The notes below the pieces were generated by a model. The model did not search any database and was not told where the DNA came from. It saw only the letters and a program-made list of their open reading frames with translations. The translations under genes were made by a program, and so were the position numbers. Below are positions 1 through 12,426 of a DNA stretch of 64,000 bases, one piece after another. The DNA lies in the NCBI RefSeq assembly GCF_006345805.1, contig NC_043004.1:54250001-54314000 (forward strand), given 5' to 3'. Every line of letters starts with the position of its first letter. The first letter of the stretch is position 1. This DNA comes from Octopus sinensis (lineage: Eukaryota).

Positions 1-647
1 CTACTGGGTCTTCTAAGAGGAAATACTGCATTTTAAAGATAAAATGTCATTTTACCAAATCGCTACATCCGTCACACTCTTTCTGGAGTGAAAATACAAT
101 AACGTTTACAGTCCTCTAGCATATGTATGGAGTTTGAAAGATTGCTATACAAACAATTTCAACATTAAAACTCATAATAAATTTTTTATGAAAGGTTCTG
201 GACATACTTTGCACCTCACCGTGTAAAGGTATATTTAACACAATTTGACCAGATCTACCAAGAATTTAAATAAACTTTGTGCAAATGCCGCAACGGGAAA
301 CAATTTTATTTAGTATATTATAATAGGATTATAATAGAACTTAGTTGCCACATAGATTACTTTATCGGCCAATATAAAATGTTGTTTTTTTTTACCTTTA
401 AAACAATACAACATTTTAGCTAGATCTTACTATATGTAGTAGCAATGGTTTTAGTACCTATGTCCATGAGACGATTATGAATTTCGGAGCTGTGGTTTTA
501 AAGTGCATATATCATATAGGTAATCCCAGTAATACGAACATAGAGATCCCTGCCAAAAAGCGAGCAAATAAGACTGTGATGTATTATTTATTACGAGGAG
601 AAAACAAAGAAACCAAAAATCGATCTAAAGGAAAGTATCAGACATTA

Positions 648-990
648 AGGAGGCGCAATTTCCCAGTGGTTAGGGCAGCAGTTTCGATTCCCAGACCGGG
701 CGTTGTGAGTGTTTATTGAGCGAAAACACCTAAAGCTCCACGAGGCTCCAGCAGGGGATGGTGGTGATCCTTGCTGTACTCTTTCACCACAACTTTCTCT
801 CACTCTTACTTCCTCTTTCTGTTGTACCTGTATTTCAAAGGGCCGGCCTTGTCACTCTCTGTGTCACGCTGAATATCCCCGAGAACTATGTTAAGGGTAC
901 ACGTGTCTGTGGAGTGCTCAGCCACTTACACGTTAATTTCACGAGCAGGCTGTTCCGTTGATTCGGATCAACTGGAACCCTCGTCGTTGT
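648..990 (+). mobile_element. tRNA-derived SINE, family A (internally shortened head)
   Basis: A-box-like CAGTGGTTAGG and B-box-like GTTTCGATTCC; body matches the inverted copy at 10650-10897 and the 5' part of 6031-6313. Ends approximate. Confidence 0.75.
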
Positions 991-1336
991 AGAGAACACG
1001 GAATGAAAAAAAAAACGAAGAGAAAATAAAAGAAAATAGGCGGAGGTAGACAAAAAAAATGATTGTGATGGAAATAGATAGCAAAGAAGAAAAGGTAAAA
1101 CAAATAACTGAGGAAAAAAACAGAAAAGTAGTGAAGAAAAGCTAGAATAATGGGAAAAGAAACCGTTACTGGTAAAATGCTGGTAGGGATATATATTTCA
1201 TAGATGGATGAGTGCTATATAGCGTAAAATAAAAGAAAATATTATGATAAATAAGCAGCAGGTATGGGTGTATGTACGCATATGCTAAAGTACACAAGCA
1301 CAAATTCATATACACGAATATATGTATCTACTCATA

Positions 1337-1369
<33 letters not shown>

Positions 1370-1466
1370 GTGTATATATATATATAACAATTGCAGTGTG
1401 GAAGGTGTTTATAAGCCATTTAAGAAACACAAAAGCCGTTCGATTCACTCCAACATTTAAGTTTAA

Positions 1467-1516
1467 TTTGTCAAAATATTTTCGTCGCTAAAATCCGCGA
1501 CCTGTTCACTGACAAA
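1467..1516 (-). ncRNA. Type I hammerhead ribozyme motif, G3:C8 core variant
   Basis: TTTGTCA-GTGAACA-G-GTCGC(GGATTTTA)GCGAC-GAA-AATATT-T-TGACAAA: 7-bp stem I, 5-bp stem II, palindromic stem III. Confidence 0.7.
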
Positions 1517-2540
1517 GTCCGTGCTGCATCTAAGAAAGTAACAGTTAGTTCGTCATATATATGTACGTATGTATGTGTGTATGTATGCATACATGTGTGT
1601 ATGTATGTACGTATGCATGTACGCACATACGCCTGTGTATGCATGTATGTATGTATTATTATGTATGTATGTATGTTTATGTATGTATGTATGTATATAT
1701 GTATGTGTGTGTATAAGCACGCACATACACTCTATAAAACATAAAGCTATAAACCTGTAGCGATGGATGGATGTAGAGTGACCACTCATCACAACGCTAT
1801 CAAATTTCAACTCCCTACGGCCGAGGCTAGAAAGTGAATTTATGACGCTTGCTCACAAGAACTATACCCTAAATCTATTATCAGATTTTTATCTCTATAT
1901 CACAGAACTAATGTTTTAACTATTGTTCGTATGTATGTATGTATGTGCATGTATGTATGTATGTATGTATTATGTATGTATGTATTATGTATGTATGTAT
2001 GTATTATTTATGTATGTTGTATGTGTGTATGTACATACGTACGCATGTGCGTATGTATGTATACGCGCTCGTATGCATATGCCCATGTATGTCTGTGTGT
2101 ACATGTACGTGCGTATGTACGTGTGTATGCCCATACGTAGGTATGTATGTATGTTTGTATTCATGTGCTACGTATGTATGTGAGTGTCTAGGAGAATGGG
2201 CAGATGTGTCCGTGAGAGTGTGTATATGTGTATGTGTATGTGAACGTATGTCCGTGTACTGGCATGTGTCCGTCCAAGTTGTGTACATGACTGTTACATT
2301 GCTGAAGGTTGTATACATATTTACATATATGTTTGTATAGACGCGCACACATATATATATATATGTGTGTGGGTGTGTTTTTGTTCCTCTCATCATCGTC
2401 TAACCGTGAATGGATACAACGCCTAGGTGCAACTGTTCGTATCAAACAACGTCTGCTCATACCGTTGTATATAACTGCACATACGCATTGCAACCTGTAT
2501 GTAAGGACTACAGGTGAAAGGGAGAGAAAGAGAGGGGTGG

Positions 2541-3210
2541 TTATAGAATAGTCCTTCTGAATGGGATCTGGATGTTATTCCATTCGGACTTTCGGTTGAG
2601 AGTAGGTTTGTATTCTTGTATACAAACAGCTTCTGTGACCTGTCTGTCACAACATTGCATCGGTGGGATGTGTTGATAGGATGTTCAACTTAAGCTCCCC
2701 TAAGGATCCCTTGTGGCAGTCTACAGCATGTCGGTAGAAGATGGAGTTTGGCTTCCTTTCAATGTAGTTGTCCAGGTGTTCTTTGAACCTATCATTGATG
2801 CTTCTAGAGGTCTCACCTATGTATGACTCTGGGTTAGCCGCGCAAGCTCCCTCCTGGCACTTAATCTGGTATACAGTGCCCTTGGTTTTACAATTTACGT
2901 GTGGATTTGTCGAACACACTGCACAATTACTCAGACAGGTGATTCTATCAAATGGATATGATCTGCATAATGCCGATTTGATAGTCCTACCTGTCTTTTC
3001 TACAACTTTAACTTTTAGGCCCGTAGTGCGCAGGACTTTCTTGAATCACTTACTTAGCTCGTTCTTAGGTGTGGCGTCAACGAACATCACTCCGTGAAAT
3101 CTCCTGTTATCGTACCAAGTAACGTTTCTCATCTTTTTGTTGGTGTCCCTCTCTAACCAATTCCAGAACTTATTGCGGTACAGGGGGCATATACCGTTTT
3201 CGTCGTTTTT
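2541..3210 (-). pseudogene. Penelope-like ORF C-terminus (Cys-rich linker + GIY-YIG endonuclease)
   Basis: PLYRNKFW...FVDATPKNELSK*...CLSNCAVCSTNPHVNCKTKGTVYQIKC...YIGETSRSINDRFKEH...EAVCIQEYKPTLNRKSEW; one in-frame stop (3046) and one frameshift (~2648). Confidence 0.9.
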
Positions 3211-4283
3211 TAAACCTACTCTCAACCGAAAGTCCGAATGGAATAACATCCAGATCCCATTCAGAAGGACTATTCTATAACCACCCCTCTCTTTCTCTCC
3301 CTTTCACCTGTAGTCCTTACATACAGGTTGCAATGCGTATGTGCAGTTATATACAACGGTATGAGCAGACGTTGTTTGATACGAACAGTTGCACCTAGGC
3401 GTTGTATCCATTCACGGTTAGACGATGATGAGAGGAACAAAAACACACCCACACACATATATATATATGTGTGTGCGTCTATACAAACATATATGTAAAT
3501 ATGTATACAACCTTCAGCAAAGTAACAGTCATGTACACAACTTGGACGGACACATGCCAGTACACGGACATACGTTCACATAGACATACACATTTACACA
3601 CTCTCACGGACACATCTGCCCATTCTCCTAGACACTCACATACATACGTAGCACATGAATACAAACATACATACATACCTACGTATGGGCATACACAAGT
3701 ACATACGCACGTACATGTACACACAGACATACATGGGCACATGCATACGAGCGCGTATACATACATACGCACATGCGTACGTATGTACATACACACATAC
3801 ATACATACTACATACATACATACATACATACATACATACATACATACATACATACATACATACGCACATACATACATACATACGAACAATAGTAAAACAT
3901 TAGTTCTGTGATATAGAGATAAAAATCTGATAATAGATTTTAGGGTATAGTTCTTGTGAGCAAGCGTCATAAATTCACTTTCTAGCCTCGGCCGTAGGGA
4001 GTTGAAATTTGATAGCGTTGTGATGAGTGGTCACTCTACATCCATCCATCGCTACAGGTTTATAGCTTTATGTTTTATAGAGTGTATATGCGTGCTTATA
4101 CACACACATACATACATACATACATACATACATACATACATACATACATACATACATGCATACACAGGCGTATGTGCGTACATGCATACGTACATACATA
4201 CACACATGTATGCATACATACACACATACATACGTACATATATATGACGAACTAACTGTTACTTTCTTAGATGCAGCACGGAC

Positions 4284-4332
4284 TTTGTCAGTGAACAGGT
4301 CGCGGATTTTAGCGACGAAAATTTTTGACAAA
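4284..4332 (+). ncRNA. Inverted-arm copy of the G3:C8 hammerhead motif
   Basis: Same as 1467-1516 but with a 1-nt deletion in the stem III palindrome (AATTTT instead of AATATTT). Confidence 0.6.
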
Positions 4333-4487
4333 TTAAACTTAAATGTTGGAGTGAATCGAACGGCTTTTGTGTGTTTCTTAAATGGCTTATAAACACCTTC
4401 CACGCTGCAATTGTTTTCGTCTCAGCACACGATCTCAGATCAAATTACTTGCTATGCGAGTACATCTCCGTAATATATATATATATG

Positions 4488-4579
<92 letters not shown>

Positions 4580-4788
4580 AATAAAATAGAACATATGCAT
4601 ATATATAAACATATATGTACGTACCTACCTCTACATGTACATATACACGCATATATGTGTACAGGACACCAAAAAGACGTCGAACACATAGAGAGACGAA
4701 ACACATAGACACAAACCAAGGAACAAGACAAGCAAAAAAAAAGAGAGATACATATATATATATATAGATAGATAGATAGATAGATAGA

Positions 4789-4911
4789 TGTGCTGGAAAT
4801 GTAAATCCGAAATTTACAACTAACCCGCTCTATAAATTCAGTGACAACGCAACCTTCACACAACGCCAAAATAAAGAACTATATTTCATTAAAAAATTTA
4901 GACCAGTTTAA
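4789..4911 (+). pseudogene. Extreme C-terminus of a second Penelope-like GIY-YIG ORF
   Basis: CAGNVNPKFTTNPLYKFSDNATFTQRQNKELYFIKKFRPV* resembles the R...E..FI..F.P.LN end of PLE endonucleases; truncated at (GATA)n. Confidence 0.65.
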
Positions 4912-5100
4912 ACACACCCTGGGCCAGGAATACTAAAACAAAGATAAGTCCTCCGAAAAGGAGAACCAAATTTCACCACGGCCGCTACTTCAAACAACAC
5001 TCACTCTGACGAAAATGCCTTAGTAAAAAAGGAAAAAAATTCTTTCGTGCAAATCTGACCCTGATACATACGATACAGCTAAGGGTCAGACCCGATTCTG

Positions 5101-5469
5101 ATTGGTCAACAAGTTGATGACGTCTAGCTCTGCTAGAATGGACAGGATACAAACAGGGGACAGTCATTAGTCAGAATATTGATGACGTCCTTTTCTGCTT
5201 GAATAGTCACCTAACAAGTACCGACAGGGGGCAGATCTAATGTAGCTATAAGTCGTGATTGGGCAGAATCTGGATGACGTCCCGCTATGCTTGACTAACG
5301 AAGCGACTGATCAAGACAGGAAACAAACAAGAGGGTTATAATGCAGCGATTGGTCAAAATAATGATGACGTCCCGTTCCACTTGATTAAAGCCACCTAAC
5401 GAAACGATTGGTCAAAACATTGATGACGTCACGCTACGCTAGATTGACCACCTAACAGGCATTATAAAA
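5101..5469 (+). promoter_or_regulatory. Five ATTGG-N10-GATGACGTC modules followed by a TATA box (putative pseudo-LTR promoter)
   Basis: Modules start at 5101, 5166 (ATTAG), 5258, 5349 and 5407, each with exactly 10 nt spacing; TATAAAA at 5463-5469. Confidence 0.7.
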
Positions 5470-5811
5470 CCGAGCATTTCACAAAACTCACTAGAACCCA
5501 CCCAGCGAACTTCCACCATGGTCATCACAATTGCTTAAGGTAAAAAATGAATTCCTCGCTCTTTCGGAAACATCAATCTTCTGGATTGACCGCTTTCCAC
5601 CACGTTGATCTGTTTTTTGTATTGAATCCGTATCGCCACCGTGGGCCACTGCATCGAACACTTTGAACATATACTTCAAACTATATATCAACTATACATG
5701 AACTATATATCAACTATACATGAACTCTAAGATGTCTGACTCCCTTGTGTATTATAAATGAATTTCTTGTGTTTGACGGCATGAGCTGTCTCTCTTTTTA
5801 TATAACTTTTT

Positions 5812-5845
5812 TTGATAAGGTTCATTTCAGGAACTGAAACATGTT
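5812..5845 (+). ncRNA. Hammerhead-like motif, U3:A8 core variant, stem I degenerate
   Basis: TTGATAA-GGTTC(ATTTCAG)GAACT-GAA-ACATGT-T; palindromic stem III present, stem I pairing poor. Confidence 0.45.
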
Positions 5846-5911
5846 ATAATGTATATATAAAATTAAAATTGTATAATAACAGCAGCATTTTCGAACTTCA
5901 TTTTTTAAATA

Positions 5912-5944
<33 letters not shown>

Positions 5945-5962
5945 ATATTATATATATATATC

Positions 5963-6013
<51 letters not shown>

Positions 6014-6030
6014 CGTGTGTATGTGCATGT

Positions 6031-6313
6031 GTGGAGGCGCGTGGCTTAGTGGTTAGGGTGTCAGCATCATGATCATAAGATTTTGGTTTCGATTCACACA
6101 CCGGGCGTTGTGTGTTTATTGAACGAAAACACCTAAAAGCTCCATGAGAGCGACCCCTGTTGTACTCTTTCGCCCCAACTTTCTCTCACTCTTTCTTCCT
6201 GTTTCTTGAGTAACGCTGCGATGGACTGGCGTCCCGTCTAGCTGGTGGGGAACACATTCGCCAGAGAAACCAGGAAACAGTGCCCATGAGTCTGGCTAGG
6301 GCTTGAAAAGGGC
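6031..6313 (+). mobile_element. tRNA-derived SINE (family A head, different 3' tail)
   Basis: A box TGGCTTAGTGG, B-box-like GGTTTCGATTC; shares its 5' body with 648-990. Confidence 0.75.
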
Positions 6314-6331
6314 GCATAATTAAATAAATAA

Positions 6332-6382
<51 letters not shown>

Positions 6383-6419
6383 CTATATATAATATATACG
6401 AAGAAGGTTTGAAAATGCA

Positions 6420-7014
6420 ATTTAAAAGATGTTTATTTACTTAACCGGTTTCACTCTTTGGAAAAAGATTGTCAAAAGTAACATAGAATATTATGAATTC
6501 AAAAAAGTTTTTTCCATAATTGCCACATAACATGTATATATACAGTCTTTGGTAACAGGGACATGGTAAGGACATAAAGAAGTACAACAGTATGATGAGA
6601 ATATTTGAAAAAATGGGCAGAAAAGAATAAAACAAATATATTATTGGAAGTTTGGTTGCGTTAATTATTGGTTGTTGCAAATTGCCACATTACATGTATA
6701 TAAACAGTCTTTGGTAACAAGGACATGCTAAGGATATAAGAAAGTACAACAGTATGATGAGAATATTTGAAAAGATGGGCAGAAAAGATTAAAATAAATA
6801 TATTATACATCTTAGGGTCAGTACAGAATATTATGAATTCAAGGCGAGTTTGTTTACTGACCTGTCCGTTTTAGCAGAAATGTTGTACTGACCCTAAGAT
6901 GTATAATATATTTATTTTAATCTTTTCTGCCCATCTTTTCAAATATTCACATCATACTGTTGTACTTTCTTATGTCCTTAGCATGTCCTTGTTACCAAAG
7001 ACTGTTTATATACA
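6420..7014. repeat. Non-coding unit with a partial direct repeat and a 131-bp inverted repeat (pseudo-LTR-like)
   Basis: ~6510-6645 is repeated at ~6683-6805; arms 6695-6825 and 6884-7014 are inverted around a 58-bp spacer. Confidence 0.8.
6437..6481 (-). ncRNA. Type I hammerhead motif, U3:A8 core variant
   Basis: TTACTT-TTGACAA-TCTTT(TTCC)AAAGA-GT-GAA-ACCGGT-T-AAGTAA: 6-bp stem I, palindromic stem III; 2 unpaired nt before G12. Confidence 0.6.
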
Positions 7015-7084
7015 AACTAATATACCTGTCTTCGTATTTTGTTTTTCTATAAATTTCAACATTACATACACACACACACACACT

Positions 7085-7131
<47 letters not shown>

Positions 7132-7228
7132 CGGGAAGCTTTATGAAAATAAACAAAAGACGAAGGCAGGTGGAAAACAAACGAACAATTGTATTAGTAT
7201 GGCGCTCAGGAAATATAAATAAAACAAG

Positions 7229-7266
7229 TCTTTAACGTTTTGAGCCTACGCTCTTCAACAGAAAGA
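7229..7266 (-). ncRNA. Degenerate minimal hammerhead-like motif
   Basis: TCTTT-CTGTTGA-A-GAGC(GTAG)GCTC-AAA-ACGT-T-AAAGA; A6 and G12 deviate from the consensus. Confidence 0.4.
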
Positions 7267-8049
7267 TACACAGAGAGAGAAAAACACAGAAAGAAGGAGA
7301 GAAAAAAAATGCGTGCAGTAGCTAAATAATCAACATGGCGATCTGATTTCGGCCAGAGGTCAAAGATCAAACATGAGACGCGAGAGCGAAATAAGGGGAG
7401 ATAATAGGGTTGATAAAAGGGTTGAGGGACCAGCTAATAGTGCGTAGGAGGGGTCTGGATGTGTGTATGTATAGGGTTGGTGTATGTATTAGTATGTATA
7501 AGGGTGTGTGTGTGTGTGTGTGTATGAGAGAGTATTAGTGCGTAGGATTGGTCTGGACGGGCGTATGTATGGGGTTGGTCTATGTATTAGTATGTATTAG
7601 TACGTATTGGTATGTATAAGTGTGTGTGTGTGTATGAGAGAGTATAAGTGCGTATGCGGTGTCTGGACGTGTGTATGTATAGGGTTGGTGTATGTATTAG
7701 TATGTACTAGTATGTATTAGTACGTATTAGTATGTATTAGTTGGTGTGTGTATTAGTATGGCACATCATATGTGATGTGATGTGTAAAGTCATGTGTTGT
7801 AGTGAGGAGAAGGGGAGGGGAGAAGAGGGGGAAGAGGAGAGGATGGGGAGGAGGGGGATGAAGGAGGAAAGAGGGAGAGGGGGAGAGAGAAGGGGAGAGA
7901 GAAGGGAGAGAGAGGGGAGAGAGGGAGTGAGGGAGCAGAGGGAAGGGGAAGAGGGAGGAGAAGAGGGGAAGGGAAGGGGAGTGGGGGTGAAAGGAATGAA
8001 GGACTGAAGAAGTAGGGGTCGGGGGGAAAGGATAGGTGAGGAGGGGGGA

Positions 8050-8615
8050 GAGGGGGGTTAGATGAGGAGGGGGGAGAGTTGAGACCAAATGGCGTATAAG
8101 AGCGAAGAGAGAAGATTAATTCCTGTTCACGGCGCAAACGGGAATCCGGATGGCCTCTGTGTAAGGACAAACCGAACACAGATAGGTCGGACTGGAGATG
8201 ACGGAAAGCTCGAAGAATGGTGCGTTGGAGACGTAGGGTCGTGGGGTGGTAAGTGAGGGGAAAAGGGAGGCGGGAGACTACAGGGCGGGTTCGGGGAGAG
8301 AGAGCAGATACACGGTCCACGGACCGTGCTCTGGCAAGGGCGGTGTGGATAGTGGTGAGGGGGTATCCACGTAGGGTGAAGTGGTGAGCCATACGTTGAG
8401 ACTGAGTCTCAAAGTCATGGTCGTCACTACAGAGCCTACGTAGACGGAGGAATTGGGAATAGGGGATGGAAAGCTTGGTGTGTTCTGGGTGGGAGGAAGA
8501 GAAGTTGAGGTATGAGTGTGAGTCTGTGTGTTTGTAGTGAATGGAGGTGGTAAGAGTGGAGTGAAAAATGCTAACCGAAATGTCGAGGAAGGAGACAGAG
8601 GTGTTGGAGATAGTA
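8050..8615 (-). pseudogene. Penelope-like RT C-terminal/thumb fragment joined to the GIY-YIG C-terminus
   Basis: SFLDISV...HYKHTDSHSYLNFSSSHP...SIPYSQFLRLRRLCSDD...FTLRGYP...LTYHP...HLQSD|LSVFGL...RLRREQELIFSLRSYTPFGLN. Confidence 0.88.
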
Positions 8616-8921
8616 GATGTATGTACATATATGTTTGTACGTAAATATATATATATCTATATGTATGTAGATATATAAATGTGTGTGTGTGTATGTGAAA
8701 ATCCAAGTTGGAATTCCTTTGATTAATATATATATATGTATATATATTATGTAGGTATGTAAGTATGTATATAAAAGATATGTTTATTCGTAAGGGTGAC
8801 TCAAATTAATAGGTGTGCGTTCTGAGTGCTCAAAATGATCGTGTATGACTACAAAATACATATATGTATGTATATATATATATAAATATATATATATAGA
8901 GAGAGAGAGACAGAGAGGGAG

Positions 8922-9106
<185 letters not shown>

Positions 9107-9327
9107 TAGATATAGCTATGTATATTCAGGGCTTAAAACCACTAGGCGGATAACCATATACTAGAAGAAGATCACAAACGATCTATCTACAAAGAAAGAA
9201 TGTAATAAAATTTTTTCTGATTTTTCATATTTTTTATATGCTAGGCTACTGGTTTTAAATTGATATAAATTAAATTAATATTCAATTCATCTCCCTCATT
9301 ATTTAAATGATATATATATTTATATAC

Positions 9328-9384
<57 letters not shown>

Positions 9385-9385
9385 A

Positions 9386-10520
9386 TATATAAAAATACAA
9401 AATGGGACAAGAACGCAAAACATTCAAATAGACGACACACAAAACGGACGGGTCATTCGAAGCCTCTAATATTCAGTCAAGAACCGGATCATCCTCGCAA
9501 TTTCGGCTGATTAATGTTGAGATCGCTCCGATCCCTTGTTTCGTATACATTCGATCCTTTTTCCAAGAAATCTAATGCTCGTAGCTAATTTTTTCCTTGG
9601 GGCTGGCCGGATCGGAGTGATCTCAAGATTAATCAGCCGAAATTGCGAGGATGATCCGGTTCTTGACTGCAGATTAGAGGATTCGATTAACCCGTCCGTT
9701 TTTTGTGTCGTCTATTTGAATGTTTTGCGTTCTTGTCCCATTTTGTATTTATATATATATATTTTTTTATACATATATTATTGCGGCGTAACGTACACCT
9801 TGTTCTTTTCTGTGTGTGTAAGCATCCCACTACTTGTACGACTTCTACACACACTTTCTCTATACTTCACTAGTCTCTGTCTTTCTCTTTTCTAGCCTCT
9901 GATTCTTTGGTCTCCTCTTCCCCACTCTCTCACATTTCTCTGTCTTTCTCACTTTGCACCTCACTGACCCTGCCTTTCTGTTGTCTCGCCAATTCTTGGC
10001 ATGCTCTCTTTCTTCTCCCCTCTTTAATTCCTTCTTTCTCTCTCTTTTCTCCCTCTTTGGTGCTTTTGTCCCTCTTTTTCTTTCTCTCTCTTTGATTCCT
10101 TTGCTCCCTTTTTTCTCTCTCTCTTCTCTTCTCACGTGACCGCCGGTCAACTAGCCTTTCGGCTTCTGATCACCGCCACGACAAAATTGATTTCTTCGTC
10201 TGCCGTAAGGCATTATTTTCCAAATACGCCAGCTAAGCTAAGTTGAACTATCTAAAGTCGAAAGACACCTGTTGTTTTTGTCCTGTTATTATTATTGATT
10301 TTTGTATTTATATTTTTGTATCAGAGTGATCTCAAGATTAATCAGCCGAAATTGCGAGGATGATCCGGTTCTTGACTGAAGATTAGAGGCTTCGAATGAC
10401 CCGTCCGTTTTTTTGTGCCGTCTATCTGAATGTTTTGCGTTCTTGTCCCATTTTGTATTTTCATATGTATTTTTTTATACGTATACTATTGGGGCGTAAC
10501 GTACACCTTGTTCTCTTCTG
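9386..10520. repeat. Non-coding element with inverted (9386-9533 / 9609-9760) and direct (9613-9812 / 10322-10520) terminal repeats
   Basis: Three copies of GATCTCAA.ATTAATCAGCCGAAATTGCGAGGATGATCCGGTTCTTGACTG, one inverted; direct repeat period ~710 bp. Confidence 0.8.
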
Positions 10521-10649
10521 TGTATATATATATATATATCAACGTGATCACCGTGACCGACCAGGCTATCAGATGTTACTATACATCGCTGGTCACAATG
10601 AGTTTCGCATTGTTTTAGCCTTTAAATGATGCCACCCCGCTGGGGATAT

Positions 10650-10895
10650 TCAGCGTGACACAGAGAGTGACAAGGCCGGCCCTTTGAAATACAGGTACAA
10701 CAGAAACAGGAAGTAAGAGTGAGAGAAAGTTGTGGTGAAAGGGTACAGCAGGGATCACCACCATCCCCTGCCGGAGCCTCGTGGAGCTTTTAGGTGTTTT
10801 CGCTCAATAAACACTCACAACGCCCGGTCTGGGAATCGAAACCGCGATCCTACGACCGTGATTCCGCTGCCCTAACCACTGGGCCATTGCTCCTC

Positions 10896-10897
<2 letters not shown>
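10650..10897 (-). mobile_element. tRNA-derived SINE, family A
   Basis: Reverse complement of 648-870 with a fuller head (CAGTGGTTAGG ... GTTTCGATTCC). Confidence 0.8.
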
Positions 10898-10930
<33 letters not shown>

Positions 10931-11109
10931 TTTAAATAATGAGGGAGATAAAATTGAATATTAATTTAATATCAATTTAAAACCAGTAGCCTAACATATA
11001 AAAAACATGAAAAATCAGAAAACATTTCAATGCATCCTTTCTTTGTAGTTAGATCATTTGTGATCTTCTTCTAGCATATGGTTATCCACCTAGTGGTTTT
11101 TAGCCCTAA

Positions 11110-11231
<122 letters not shown>

Positions 11232-11234
11232 AAC

Positions 11235-12294
11235 TTAGACTTAGATAAACTTAGATATGTTTCGACCAAAGATTGGTCTAGGCCATGTCTAACTTAATAG
11301 CACCACCTGATAGGATTATTCGAATCCTGCTTAAGTCAAGTTTTGTTCAAGTAGTGAGTTTTTGTTTGGTGAGTTGTATCCAGTTTCGTTCAAGTACTGA
11401 GTTCTTGTTGGGTGAGTTGTATCCAATTATGGGTGGCTTATCTGGTATTCTTTGAAGGAATCTATCCAGACTCTGTTTAAAGTTGATGGGATCCTTTTTC
11501 TTTTTGATCTCCCTCGGGACAATGTTAAATAGGGCAGGGGCTGTTGAGGAAAAGAAATTATGTTGCAGTGTACATGTATGTTGTGATCTTGAATTGGGCA
11601 GGGGACGTATAGCCCGTGGTCAAAGTCTTGGATGAACCTTGAAGCTAATGTTTAGGTCGTTTGGGCAAAGTTGGCGGTATATTTTCCACATCGTACAAAT
11701 GATGTACCGCTCACGGCGACGCTGGAGGGAGTAAAGTTTCAAGGCTTTAAGGCGATCCCAATAATCGAGAGCAGCCATGCCTTCAATTTGTTTAGTGAGA
11801 GCCGTCTGGGGTGACTCAATTCTGGAGATATTTTGTCTTGTGTGAGGAGACCACAGTGGGCAGCAGTATTCAAGGTGTGGCCGTACAAAGGAGGAAAAAA
11901 GTGGTATGATGACACCTTGTTCTCTGGACCGGAAAGTTCTTAAGATCCAGGAACTCATCCTACGAGCTATATCGACCTTCTTGTTGATGTGTGCACTCCA
12001 ACTGAGATCATCATCAACAATTACACCCAGGTCTCTGATATTGTTAGAGGCTGTGAGCGGTTCCCCTGAAGGAAGAGAGTATGGTTGTTTTAGTGAGGAA
12101 TTTCTTCCAAAATGCATCAGCTCAAATTTTCCCTCATTCAGTTGCATTTTGTTTCTGTCTGCCCATTGACTCACAGCATATAGATCAGACTGGAGTTGAG
12201 TTCGGTCTGCTTCTTCATTGACGATTTGCTGGAGCTTAGTGTCATCAGCGAATATTTTCACTTTGCAGTAATGTACGACACTGGAAAGGTCGTT

Positions 12295-12297
<3 letters not shown>
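11235..12297 (-). mobile_element. 5'-truncated CR1/L2-group LINE (RT C-terminus, 3' stem-loop, CTAAG tail)
   Basis: KIFADDTKL...LGVIVDDDLSW...VRPHLEYCCPLWSP...LKLYSLQRRRER; in-frame stop at 11620; GACC/GGTC hairpin and CTAAG repeats at the 3' end. Confidence 0.9.
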
Positions 12298-12367
<70 letters not shown>

Positions 12368-12393
12368 CATACATACATACATACATACATACA

Positions 12394-12426
<33 letters not shown>

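Larger units (their letters stand above)
1386..4415. mobile_element. 5'-truncated Penelope-like element with tail-to-tail inverted pseudo-LTRs
   Basis: Arms 1386-2609 and 3212-4415 are reverse complements (~1.2 kb, differing mainly in microsatellite length); the 602-bp spacer encodes the linker and GIY-YIG endonuclease on the minus strand. Confidence 0.88.
7130..8615 (-). mobile_element. Internally deleted Penelope-like element (RT thumb fused to endonuclease tail, then 3' pseudo-LTR)
   Basis: Coding remnant 8050-8615, purine/pyrimidine-skewed 3' region, terminal repeat region ~7130-7440 with a hammerhead-like motif. Confidence 0.8.

Noticed and set aside
5101-5430. Spaced repeats resembling a CRISPR array
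   Set aside because: Eukaryotic context, degenerate repeats, irregular spacing and no cas genes; fits transcription-factor site modules.
11255-11290. GACC/GGTC hairpin followed by GAAAC
   Set aside because: No CUGAnGA core; better explained as the CR1 3' stem-loop.
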